Shown here piece by piece: positions 27,588 through 35,403 of a DNA stretch of 64,000 nucleotides (positions within the stretch are counted from its first letter, which is position 1; each line of letters starts with the position of its first letter). This DNA is from Deltaproteobacteria bacterium (GTDB taxonomy: Bacteria > Myxococcota_A > Polyangia > Polyangiales > JADJMO01): assembly GCA_016182965.1 (NCBI GenBank), contig JACPFM010000006.1, positions 9,160-73,159 of the forward strand, read 5' to 3'. Made by a program: the position numbers and the translations under genes. Under the pieces are notes generated by a model. It had not been told where the DNA came from. It saw only the letters and a list, made by a program, of their open reading frames with translations, and ran no database searches.

Positions 27588-27944
27588 TCAAGCCGCGGTG
27601 GCCAGGGAGCGGAGCCGCTCGACGAGCTCACGCGGACTGAACGGCTTGGTCACGTAGTCGACGGCGCCGAGGCTGCGCGATCGCGCAAGGTAGGCGTGCT
27701 GGTGCATCGAGGTGACCACGACGGCGCGCACGCCCGCCCCGCGGATCTCGCGCAGCAGATCGAGGCCGTGGCCGTCGGGCAGCTCGAGCTCGAGGAGCAG
27801 CAACGTGATCCGCTCCTCGAGGATCGCCTCGCGAGCCTCGCGCAGAGTGGCCGCGGTCCTCACCTCGAAGCCTGCTCGCGCCAGCGTCGCCGCGAGGACG
27901 GTGCGCGCGGTCAGGTCGCCGTCCACGACGAGCACCTTCGACAC
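27588..27944 (-). CDS. Stand-alone response-regulator receiver (CheY-like)
   Basis: GTG 27944 sits a few nt downstream of 'gaaggagg'. 'VLVVDGD', phospho-acceptor context 'LLLLELELPDGHG', 'VVVTS', 'DYVTKPF'. No output domain. Confidence 0.85.
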   Translation of the reverse strand: MSKVLVVDGDLTARTVLAATLARAGFEVRTAATLREAREAILEERITLLLLELELPDGHGLDLLREIRGAGVRAVVVTSMHQHAYLARSRSLGAVDYVTKPFSPRELVERLRSLATAA

Positions 27945-28130
27945 TGCATGCCTCCTTCGAGAGGGGTCACCACGACGCGTCGCAAGGGACGTGCCCCGCG
28001 CGCGACTCCCTGCAGTCGGCGCGCGCGTTCGCAACAGGTGCGTCGCGTCGCGCCTGGTCGTTCTGGATCGTCTCTCGATCGTGAAGGGTCGCCCGCGCCG
28101 CGGCGGGCGATGCCTCGTCCACCGTCGATC

Positions 28131-28145
28131 TGGCTCGTTGGTTGC
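28131..28145 (+). promoter_or_regulatory. Sigma-54 (-24/-12) promoter candidate for the EPS operon
   Basis: 'TGGCTCGTTGGTTGC' versus consensus TGGCACG-N4-TTGC: TGGC, C6, G7 and TTGC all match with exact GG-N10-GC spacing. It lies only ~20 nt before ATG 28165, which implies a very short leader. Confidence 0.5.
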
Positions 28146-28164
28146 GTGAGCGACCGTCAAAGCG

Positions 28165-29361
28165 ATGGCCCAACCAAAGCGGCACTGCGCGACGAGAGCC
28201 CTCCGGGCGTTGATCGCCTTCGCCTCTTTGCTCGCGGCGCTCGCGGCTCCGCGCCTTGCGCATGCAATCGGCGCCGCCGGCGACGCGGCGGGCCAGGCGT
28301 TCCGCGTCGCGCAGGATCACGCGCGCGCAGGACGTTGGGACGAAGCGATCGCCACCTATCGAGCGATGCTCGCCACCGACCCCCGCAACGTCGACGCACG
28401 CGCCGGCCTCATCGACGTGCTCATCTGGGATCGACAGTTCGACGCCGCCGATCGTGAGCTCGACGTCGGGCTGACGCTCGCGCCGAAGGCGCCCGCACTG
28501 CTTTCGCGGCGCGCGCGTCTGCTGCACCTGCGCGGCGAGACCGCTCGCGGACGGCCCTACCTCACGCGCGCGGAGGAGCTTTCGCCTGGAGACGACGAGC
28601 TGTTGCTCATCGGTGACCGCATGTGGCTCGGCGAGGCGAGGCTGCGCGTCCGCAACGACTTCTTCCCCAAGGGCTGGGACGATCTGCCCGCCGCGGAGCT
28701 GTCGATCCTGCAGCGCGCGGGGCGCTTCGTCTTCGGCGCCCGCACCGAGCACTCGCGGCGCTTCGCGACCGCCTACGGGGCGCGCGCCTACAACGCCTTC
28801 TACGCCGGCTCGATCGCCTACTCGATCGCCGTCGGTTGGGTCGCGGGCGTGGAGGTCGGCTTCGGCGCGCCGGCGCGCGCGATCCCCGACGCGCTCGTGC
28901 GAGGGTCGCTGTACTTCCCGCTCGTCGGGCGGCTCGACGGTTACGCGGCCTACTCGTGGTTCCGCTACCCGAACGACATCGCGGTCAACATGCTGAACCC
29001 CGTCCTCGGCTTCCAGCTCACCGATCAGCTCCGCGTCGACGCGCGCTACTGGATCGCGCGCGTCGGCGCGCCAGGCACCGAGACCGACCTCGTGCACTCG
29101 TACGGCGGTCACGTCGCCTATCGGCCGGTCCGTCGACTGGCGTTCGACGCGTTCTACGTCTACGGCGCGCAGCTCGATCGCCTGCCGAACACGGCCCAGC
29201 TCGGCGCCATCCGCTCGCACATCATGACGGGCGCGATCGACCTCCTCGTCGTGCGCGAATTCGGGCTCCGTCCGCTCTACGAATTCGAGATCCGCAAGAA
29301 CCCGCGGGGCGACGTCATCCACATCCATGCCGTCGAGCTCGCCGTCTACGCGAGGTGGTGA
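28165..29361 (+). CDS. Outer-membrane protein: N-terminal TPR plus YaiO-like beta-barrel
   Basis: Signal 'LLAALAAPRLAHA'. TPR 'WDEAIATYRAMLATDPRNVDARAGLIDVL'. Alternating beta-strand C-terminal half ending in an aromatic residue, 'VELAVYARW'. Confidence 0.7.
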   Translation: MAQPKRHCATRALRALIAFASLLAALAAPRLAHAIGAAGDAAGQAFRVAQDHARAGRWDEAIATYRAMLATDPRNVDARAGLIDVLIWDRQFDAADRELDVGLTLAPKAPALLSRRARLLHLRGETARGRPYLTRAEELSPGDDELLLIGDRMWLGEARLRVRNDFFPKGWDDLPAAELSILQRAGRFVFGARTEHSRRFATAYGARAYNAFYAGSIAYSIAVGWVAGVEVGFGAPARAIPDALVRGSLYFPLVGRLDGYAAYSWFRYPNDIAVNMLNPVLGFQLTDQLRVDARYWIARVGAPGTETDLVHSYGGHVAYRPVRRLAFDAFYVYGAQLDRLPNTAQLGAIRSHIMTGAIDLLVVREFGLRPLYEFEIRKNPRGDVIHIHAVELAVYARW

Positions 29362-29364
29362 CCC

Positions 29365-30561
29365 ATGTGGAGACGATGGGGCGATTACCTCTACGCGATC
29401 ACGGTCCTCGTGGTCTTCGGCGCCGAAGCGCTGGCCCTGGCCGCGCTGTCGCTCGCGTTCTTCGCGCGACTGCTCGGGCTCCTGCCGTACACGCGGCTGC
29501 TCGCGATCCTCACCTGGGTCGTGATCCTCACCTGCGTGTCGCTAGCGGTCGTCATGCAGCACGTGCTCGTCTACTACGCGGCGAGTGCGTGGCGCGAGCG
29601 AACGCGCAGGGAGCGCTCGACGGAGTGGACGGAGCTGTTCGTCCGATGGCTGTTCGATCGCACCACGCCGGTCCCGCAGCGTCTCCCGCGTGAGGCCGTC
29701 GACGCGCTGCTCGACCTGCGCGAGACCATCCGTGGCGAGGACGGCGCCGCGATCGGCGAGCTGATCGAGCGTCTCGGCATCGGCGCACGCCTGATGGCGC
29801 GCACGCGCTCCCACAACTTCGCGACCCGGCTGCAGGCGGTCGAGGGGCTCGCCAAGGCGCGCCTGCCGAGCGCGCTCGACGCCGCCTTCCAGCTGCTCGA
29901 CGATCAATCGGCGGTCGTGCGCTTCATGGCCACGCGCGTGATCGCGCGCACGCTCGCGTCGCTGCCGCCGGGCGAGGAGCGCGAGCGCCAGGCGCTGCGG
30001 CTCGCCGAGCGGCTGCGCGTGACCGACCTGCCGACCGGCGTGGTGGAGGAGGCGCTGCTGCTGCTCGACGACGCGGCCGAGCCGGTGGTGCGCGTGCTCC
30101 TGCAGCACGAAGGCACGCGGCCGAAGATCGTCCGCGCCGCGCTCGACGCCGCCGGGAGGCTCGATCTGTCGCGCCTGTCGGATCTGGTCGCGCGGTTCCT
30201 CACGCACCCCGACGCGGAGCTCCGCGCCGCGGCGCTGCAGTGCGCGCCCCGACTGCACCTGCCGCCGGAGGCGATCGCGGACACCATCACGAAGGCGGCC
30301 GAGGAGCCGATCGAGTTCGTCCGCGTGCAGGCGACGCGCGCGCTGGCGATCATCCCGCAGTCGCGCGCGCTGCCCTGCCTGTGGGTGCGGCTGCACGACG
30401 CCTCGTGGTGGGTGCGTCGCGCCGCCGCGGAGACGCTGCGCGGGCTCGGCCCGGCCGGCGTCGCCGTGCTTCGCCGCGCCGACGAGCGGCACCCGGATCG
30501 CTTCGCCCGGCAGATGGCGCACCACATCCTGACCGAGGCGCGCCTCGCGGAGGTCCCATGA
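29365..30561 (+). CDS. Membrane-anchored HEAT-repeat protein
   Basis: Three N-terminal TM helices, then HEAT-like units ('RLQAVEGLAKARLPSALDAAFQLLDDQSAVVRFMATRVIA', 'DASWWVRRAAAETLRGLG'). Confidence 0.75.
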   Translation: MWRRWGDYLYAITVLVVFGAEALALAALSLAFFARLLGLLPYTRLLAILTWVVILTCVSLAVVMQHVLVYYAASAWRERTRRERSTEWTELFVRWLFDRTTPVPQRLPREAVDALLDLRETIRGEDGAAIGELIERLGIGARLMARTRSHNFATRLQAVEGLAKARLPSALDAAFQLLDDQSAVVRFMATRVIARTLASLPPGEERERQALRLAERLRVTDLPTGVVEEALLLLDDAAEPVVRVLLQHEGTRPKIVRAALDAAGRLDLSRLSDLVARFLTHPDAELRAAALQCAPRLHLPPEAIADTITKAAEEPIEFVRVQATRALAIIPQSRALPCLWVRLHDASWWVRRAAAETLRGLGPAGVAVLRRADERHPDRFARQMAHHILTEARLAEVP

Positions 30562-31994
30562 GCGTGCTCCTCACGATCACGCTGGCGTTCCAGTACGTGG
30601 TGCTCGCGTACTTCGCGGTGCTCAACCTGGCCTACACGCTGTTCGGCTACCTCGGGCTCCGCAGCATCGTGGTCTACACGCGCGAGCTGTCGCAGATGAC
30701 GCTGCGCGATCTGCTGGCGCGCGAGAGCTACAAGCCGGTGAGCATCCTCGTGCCGGCCTACAACGAGGAGAAGAGCATCGTCGCGAGCGTGCACTCGTTC
30801 CTCGGCCTTCGCTTCCCCGAGTTCGAGGTGGTGGTCGTCTCGGACGGCTCGACCGACCAGACGATCCCGAAGCTCATCGAGGCGTTCGCGCTGGTGGAGA
30901 TCCCGGCGGTCTACTGCCGGACGCTCCCTTCGGCGGCGATCCGCCGCATGTTCCGGTCGCTCGAGCACGGCAACCTGGTGGTCCTCGAGAAGGAGAACGG
31001 CGGCAAGGCCGACGCGCTCAACGCCGCGATCGACGTCGCGCGCTACCCGCTCATCTGCTCGGTCGACGCCGACTCGCTGCTCGACGCCGACGCGCTGCTC
31101 CGCGCGACCCGCCCGTTCCTCGAGGACGACGACGTGATCGCGATCGGCGGCACGATCCGGCCGCTCAACGGCGCCACGATCGTCGACGGACGGGTCACCG
31201 CGCTGTCGATGCCCAAGGGCTGGCTCGAGCGCCTGCAGATCCTCGAGTACACACGCGCGTTCTTCAGCGGCCGCGCGGGGTGGAGCCACTTCGACGCGCT
31301 GTTGATCATCTCCGGCGCGTTCGGCGTCTTCCGGCGCAGCGCGGTGATCGAGGCGGGCGGCTACCTCGTCGGCACGGTCGGCGAGGACATGGAGCTGGTG
31401 GTGCGCCTGCATCGCCGATACCGCGAGCTGCGCCAGCGCTACCGCATCCTCTTCACGCCGGATCCGATCTGCTGGACCGAGGTGCCCGCCGATCTCGGGA
31501 CGCTCCGCCGCCAGCGCAACCGCTGGCACCGCGGGCTGTGGGAGACGCTGTGGCACCACCGCTCGCTGATGTTCAACCCGCGGTTCGGGCGCCTCGGCAC
31601 CGCGGCGTTCCCCTACTTCCTCGTGTTCGAGGGCGTGTCGCCGATCGTCGAGGCCATCGGCTGGGTGCTCATCCCGACCACCTTCGCGCTCGGCATCTTC
31701 AACGGTTGGTTCGCGATCCTGTTCCTCGCGCTGTCGGTGCTCTACGGCGTGCTCCTCTCCCAGCTCGCCGTGGGCATCGAGACGCTGCTCTTGCAGCGCT
31801 ACCCGCGGCTCCGCGATCGCCTGATCCTGTTCGCCGCCGCGTTCCTCGAGTTCGCGGGCTACCGGCAGATCCTGGTCCTCGAGCGCTGCCTCGCGACGGC
31901 GCAGGTGTTCCGCAAGCGCGGCGTGTGGGGCCACATGCAGCGGCAGGGCATCGCCGAGGAGCCCCGTGACAAGGCGGCGGAGGCGGCGCAATGA
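30558..31994 (+). CDS. Processive family-2 glycosyltransferase (PgaC/IcaA/NfrB-like polysaccharide synthase)
   Basis: ATG 30558 overlaps the previous stop. 'ILVPAYNEE', 'VVVVSDGSTD', 'SVDADS', 'GEDMEL', 'QRNRWHRG' (QxxRW). TM helices flank the catalytic domain. Confidence 0.9.
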   Translation: MSVLLTITLAFQYVVLAYFAVLNLAYTLFGYLGLRSIVVYTRELSQMTLRDLLARESYKPVSILVPAYNEEKSIVASVHSFLGLRFPEFEVVVVSDGSTDQTIPKLIEAFALVEIPAVYCRTLPSAAIRRMFRSLEHGNLVVLEKENGGKADALNAAIDVARYPLICSVDADSLLDADALLRATRPFLEDDDVIAIGGTIRPLNGATIVDGRVTALSMPKGWLERLQILEYTRAFFSGRAGWSHFDALLIISGAFGVFRRSAVIEAGGYLVGTVGEDMELVVRLHRRYRELRQRYRILFTPDPICWTEVPADLGTLRRQRNRWHRGLWETLWHHRSLMFNPRFGRLGTAAFPYFLVFEGVSPIVEAIGWVLIPTTFALGIFNGWFAILFLALSVLYGVLLSQLAVGIETLLLQRYPRLRDRLILFAAAFLEFAGYRQILVLERCLATAQVFRKRGVWGHMQRQGIAEEPRDKAAEAAQ

Positions 31995-33256
31995 AACGCG
32001 CGGTCGCGCTGCTGCTGTTCTTGGCCGGCTGCTCGCAGCCGACACCGGCGCACGGCCCGCGCGACATCCTCGATCCGGTCCCGTGGGACTCGTACGCCGC
32101 GTACGACGAGCTCGGCGCGGTGCGGAAGGTCAGCGGGTGCGCGCTCGACTGCGGCGCGGTCGTGTCGTTCCGCATTCCCATCGATCACCCGCTCGCCGCG
32201 GATCTGGCCGGCCGGTCGTTCGTCTACGACGACGCCCTGGCGATGCTCGTCCACCTCGCCGAGGGCCGCCCCGATCGCGCGCGCGCCATCGGCCGCACGC
32301 TGGTCGCGCTGCGGAACAGCGACGGGACCATCGGCTTCTCCTTCGACTTCGAGCGGACGGCGTTCGTCGACGCGCGCTACGTGCGGGCCGGCGTCGTCTC
32401 GTGGGCGGCCTACGCGCTCGCCACCTACGCCCTCTCGACCGGTGAGGACGTCTTCCGGACCGAGGCGCGCGCGTTCGCGGACGCGCTGCTCGCGGCGCGC
32501 GTCGACGCCCAGGGCGATCCGCGGCACGGCCTGATCGCGGCGGGGCGCGGCCGCTACCTCGACGGTCGCGTCTTCGACGGCGCGTTCATCGCCGACTACG
32601 CCGTCACCGAGCACCAGATCGACGCGTACTTCCTGTTTCGCACGCTGCACGCGCTCGATCCGCAGGGGCCGTACGGGGCCGCGGCCGACGCCCTCGCGCA
32701 GGCGCTGATCCGAGCCGCGTGGATCGACGAGGAATCGGTGTTCGCCGCCGGCGTCGGTCGCGCGGGCCCGACCGCCGATCGCGCGCTCGACGCCGCGGGC
32801 GCGTGGGGCGCGACCCTGCTGCTCGCGGTCGGCGAGGACGAGCGCGCGCGACGCTCGCTCACCGCGACGCGCACCCGCTTCACCGTCTACGTCGACGGAT
32901 ACGCCGGGTTCGCGCCGTACGTCGGGGTCGTATCCGATTACAGCGGCGCGGATCTCTCCGGCACCTTCTTCTCCGAGGGCACCGCGGGGATGGGCGTGCT
33001 CTTCGCGCGCTTCGGGATGCAGGCGGAGGCGCGCTCGATCGGAAGGACGCTCGGCAGGCTGCGCGCGAAGAACGAGGGGGCGATCCCCTACGCGTTCCCC
33101 GAGTCCCGCGACTTCCCCGAGCTGCCCTCGGCGGCGCCCACCGCGTGGCTGCGCCTGCTCGAGCGGGAGCTCGCCGGCGCGCCGCCCATGGTGCTCGCGG
33201 TGCCGCCGCACCCGTCCCCGCTGCTGACCGCCTTGCTCGGGAGGACCCGGCCATGA
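31991..33256 (+). CDS. Lipoprotein of unknown function (possibly an alpha/alpha-toroid glycan-binding or hydrolase fold)
   Basis: Lipobox 'LLFLAGCS'. ATGA overlaps on both sides. Helix-rich sequence ('YDDALAMLVHLAEG', 'SWAAYALATYAL'). The functional guess rests on operon context only. Confidence 0.6.
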   Translation: MKRAVALLLFLAGCSQPTPAHGPRDILDPVPWDSYAAYDELGAVRKVSGCALDCGAVVSFRIPIDHPLAADLAGRSFVYDDALAMLVHLAEGRPDRARAIGRTLVALRNSDGTIGFSFDFERTAFVDARYVRAGVVSWAAYALATYALSTGEDVFRTEARAFADALLAARVDAQGDPRHGLIAAGRGRYLDGRVFDGAFIADYAVTEHQIDAYFLFRTLHALDPQGPYGAAADALAQALIRAAWIDEESVFAAGVGRAGPTADRALDAAGAWGATLLLAVGEDERARRSLTATRTRFTVYVDGYAGFAPYVGVVSDYSGADLSGTFFSEGTAGMGVLFARFGMQAEARSIGRTLGRLRAKNEGAIPYAFPESRDFPELPSAAPTAWLRLLERELAGAPPMVLAVPPHPSPLLTALLGRTRP

Positions 33257-35286
33257 TCGCCACCCGCACCTCGCACCGTGGGCCAAGCCCCCGGACCCCT
33301 GCGCTCCTTTCCCTCGCGCTCGTGCTCGCGGCCGTGCCGCTCGCCGGCTGCTCGGGCGGAGACGGCGACGACGACGGCTCCGACTCCGGCCTGCCCTTCG
33401 GCAATCCGGTGGTGATCCCGCCGACCCACGTGAAGTGCGATCTCGACGGGATCCACGCCGAGCTGAAGAACAACGTCCTCGTCGGGCTCCCGACGAAGGA
33501 GGTGCCCGTCCTGCCGCCGGTGGTCACCCCGCAGACGACCAAGACCCCGCCGGAGCAGCACCACCGCAAGCTGGTCGGCATCCTCAACATCTCGCCGAAC
33601 ATCCGCGACTCGCAGGCGCTCGAGCACCTCCTCAAGCCGGTGGGCATCCCCTACGCGATCACGACGTCGCCGAAGCTCTCGTGGCAGCACGATCTGACGA
33701 TCTTCTTCCCCGAGGCGTATCCGGAGAACTTCGACGCCGACGAGCTCTCGACGCTGCGGATGTACTTCGACCTCGGCGGCACGCTGATCATGAAGGCCAA
33801 CGAGGTCACCGCGTTGAAGCAGCTCGGCGGCGTCACCAAGACGACCTTCAAGCTGCCGCACTTCCGCGTCGACCTCACCGAAGCCGGCAAGCGCGAGTTC
33901 CCGAGCCTCGATCACCCGCACGAGCAGACCTTGCCGTTCGGCGGCACCGCGACCGAGTTCCTCAACACGTGGTCGCTCGAGGTCGCGGCCGGGGCCGAGG
34001 TGCTCGCGCGGTTCGACGACGGCAGCGCGGCGATCGTGAAGAACAAGGTCGGCACCGGCACCGTGTACACGTTCGGCGTCGACTGGCGCGATCTGATCAT
34101 CCGAAACCAGCTCGGCTACCCGCTGGGCGGCGCGCGCAGCTACATCAACAGCTTCGAGCCGGCGACCGACGCGTGGATGCTCATGGTGCGCGACATCTAC
34201 GATCGCGTCGTGCAGTTCGGTGTGCGCCTGCACACCGCGCCCAACGGTGCGCGCGCCGCGCTGCTGCTCACGCACGACCTCGACTGGGGGCCGAGCTACG
34301 AGAACGGCGTCATCTTCGCCGCCGACGAGCGCGCACGCGGCGCGAGCTCCACGTTCTTCTCCCACACGAAGGTCGTGCGCGACGCGCAGGACGAGGCGTT
34401 CTTCAAGCCCGATCGTGCGCCGATCCTCGCGCGGTTCCTCGAGCTCGGGGCGACGGTCGGATCGCACACCGTCGCGCACTCGCGGATCATGGAGACGTTC
34501 CCGATCGGCGACGGCGCCGAGCTGTACCCGCAGTACTCGCCGGTCAACGTCACGAAGTTCGACACCACCGGCGGCACCCTGTTCGGCGAGGGACGCGTCT
34601 CCAAGAGCTTGATCGACGCCTACCTCGACCTCTGCAGCGTCAAGCACGAGGTGGTCTCGTTCCGCTCCGGTCACCTGCGCTTCCACGCAGCGCACGCCGA
34701 GACGCTCGAGCGACTCGGCTACCGCTACGACAGCTCGCGCGCGATCGGAGAGGTGCTGACCAACTTCCCGTTCCGCATGATGACCAACTGGCCCGAGGCG
34801 AACGACACCAGCATGTTCGAGTTCCCGGTCACGCTCGAGGACGAGCTGCCCCCGCGCCTCGATCTTCGCGTCGCCGAGATGCGCGCGATCGTCGCGGCCA
34901 ACGCCGACAACGGCGCGCCGACGACGTTGCTCATCCATCCGAACGTCACCGACTACAAGCTCGAGGCGCAGCAGCACCTGGTCGCGACGCTACCCCCGGG
35001 GGTCGTCGCGATGGGGCTCGAGCCCTTCGGCGAGTTCTGGCGGGCGCGCGACGAGGTCCACATCGACGCGGTCGACTACGACTGGATGGCCGAGAAGGTC
35101 ACCGTGAAGCTGACGCCGCGCCTGCCCATCGCCGGGCTCGCGCTGCGCGTCGGCAGCGAGATCGACGCGGTGGAGGCCCCCGCCGCCGCTCGTTACGTGC
35201 GCTCCCCCGACGGCTCCGGTCTGGTCACGCTGCCGCCGCTGCCGGCCGCGACGCAGTCGTCGGTGGTCATGCACTTCAAGCGGTGA
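33253..35286 (+). CDS. Polysaccharide deacetylase (NodB-homology) lipoprotein with large N-terminal domain
   Basis: Lipobox 'VPLAGCSG'. NodB-like motifs 'LLLTHDLDWG', 'GSHTVAHSR', 'LLIHPN'. Confidence 0.8.
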   Translation: MIATRTSHRGPSPRTPALLSLALVLAAVPLAGCSGGDGDDDGSDSGLPFGNPVVIPPTHVKCDLDGIHAELKNNVLVGLPTKEVPVLPPVVTPQTTKTPPEQHHRKLVGILNISPNIRDSQALEHLLKPVGIPYAITTSPKLSWQHDLTIFFPEAYPENFDADELSTLRMYFDLGGTLIMKANEVTALKQLGGVTKTTFKLPHFRVDLTEAGKREFPSLDHPHEQTLPFGGTATEFLNTWSLEVAAGAEVLARFDDGSAAIVKNKVGTGTVYTFGVDWRDLIIRNQLGYPLGGARSYINSFEPATDAWMLMVRDIYDRVVQFGVRLHTAPNGARAALLLTHDLDWGPSYENGVIFAADERARGASSTFFSHTKVVRDAQDEAFFKPDRAPILARFLELGATVGSHTVAHSRIMETFPIGDGAELYPQYSPVNVTKFDTTGGTLFGEGRVSKSLIDAYLDLCSVKHEVVSFRSGHLRFHAAHAETLERLGYRYDSSRAIGEVLTNFPFRMMTNWPEANDTSMFEFPVTLEDELPPRLDLRVAEMRAIVAANADNGAPTTLLIHPNVTDYKLEAQQHLVATLPPGVVAMGLEPFGEFWRARDEVHIDAVDYDWMAEKVTVKLTPRLPIAGLALRVGSEIDAVEAPAAARYVRSPDGSGLVTLPPLPAATQSSVVMHFKR

Positions 35287-35403
35287 CGGCCCCGTCGCCC
35301 CGCGCGTTCGTCGCACCCGCATCGGTTGCGCCGGCGCGAGGGCGACGATCGGCCGCATCGCGCGAGGTGCGATGGCGCGCGCGATGCACGACATCCGACC
35401 ACC

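Noticed and set aside
35373-35387. Second sigma-54-like match 'TGGCGCGCGCGATGC' upstream of 35404
   Set aside because: The spacing is correct, but the -12 element is ATGC rather than TTGC. The match also lies in a (GC)n run where GG-N10-GC arises by chance. It is too weak to call.
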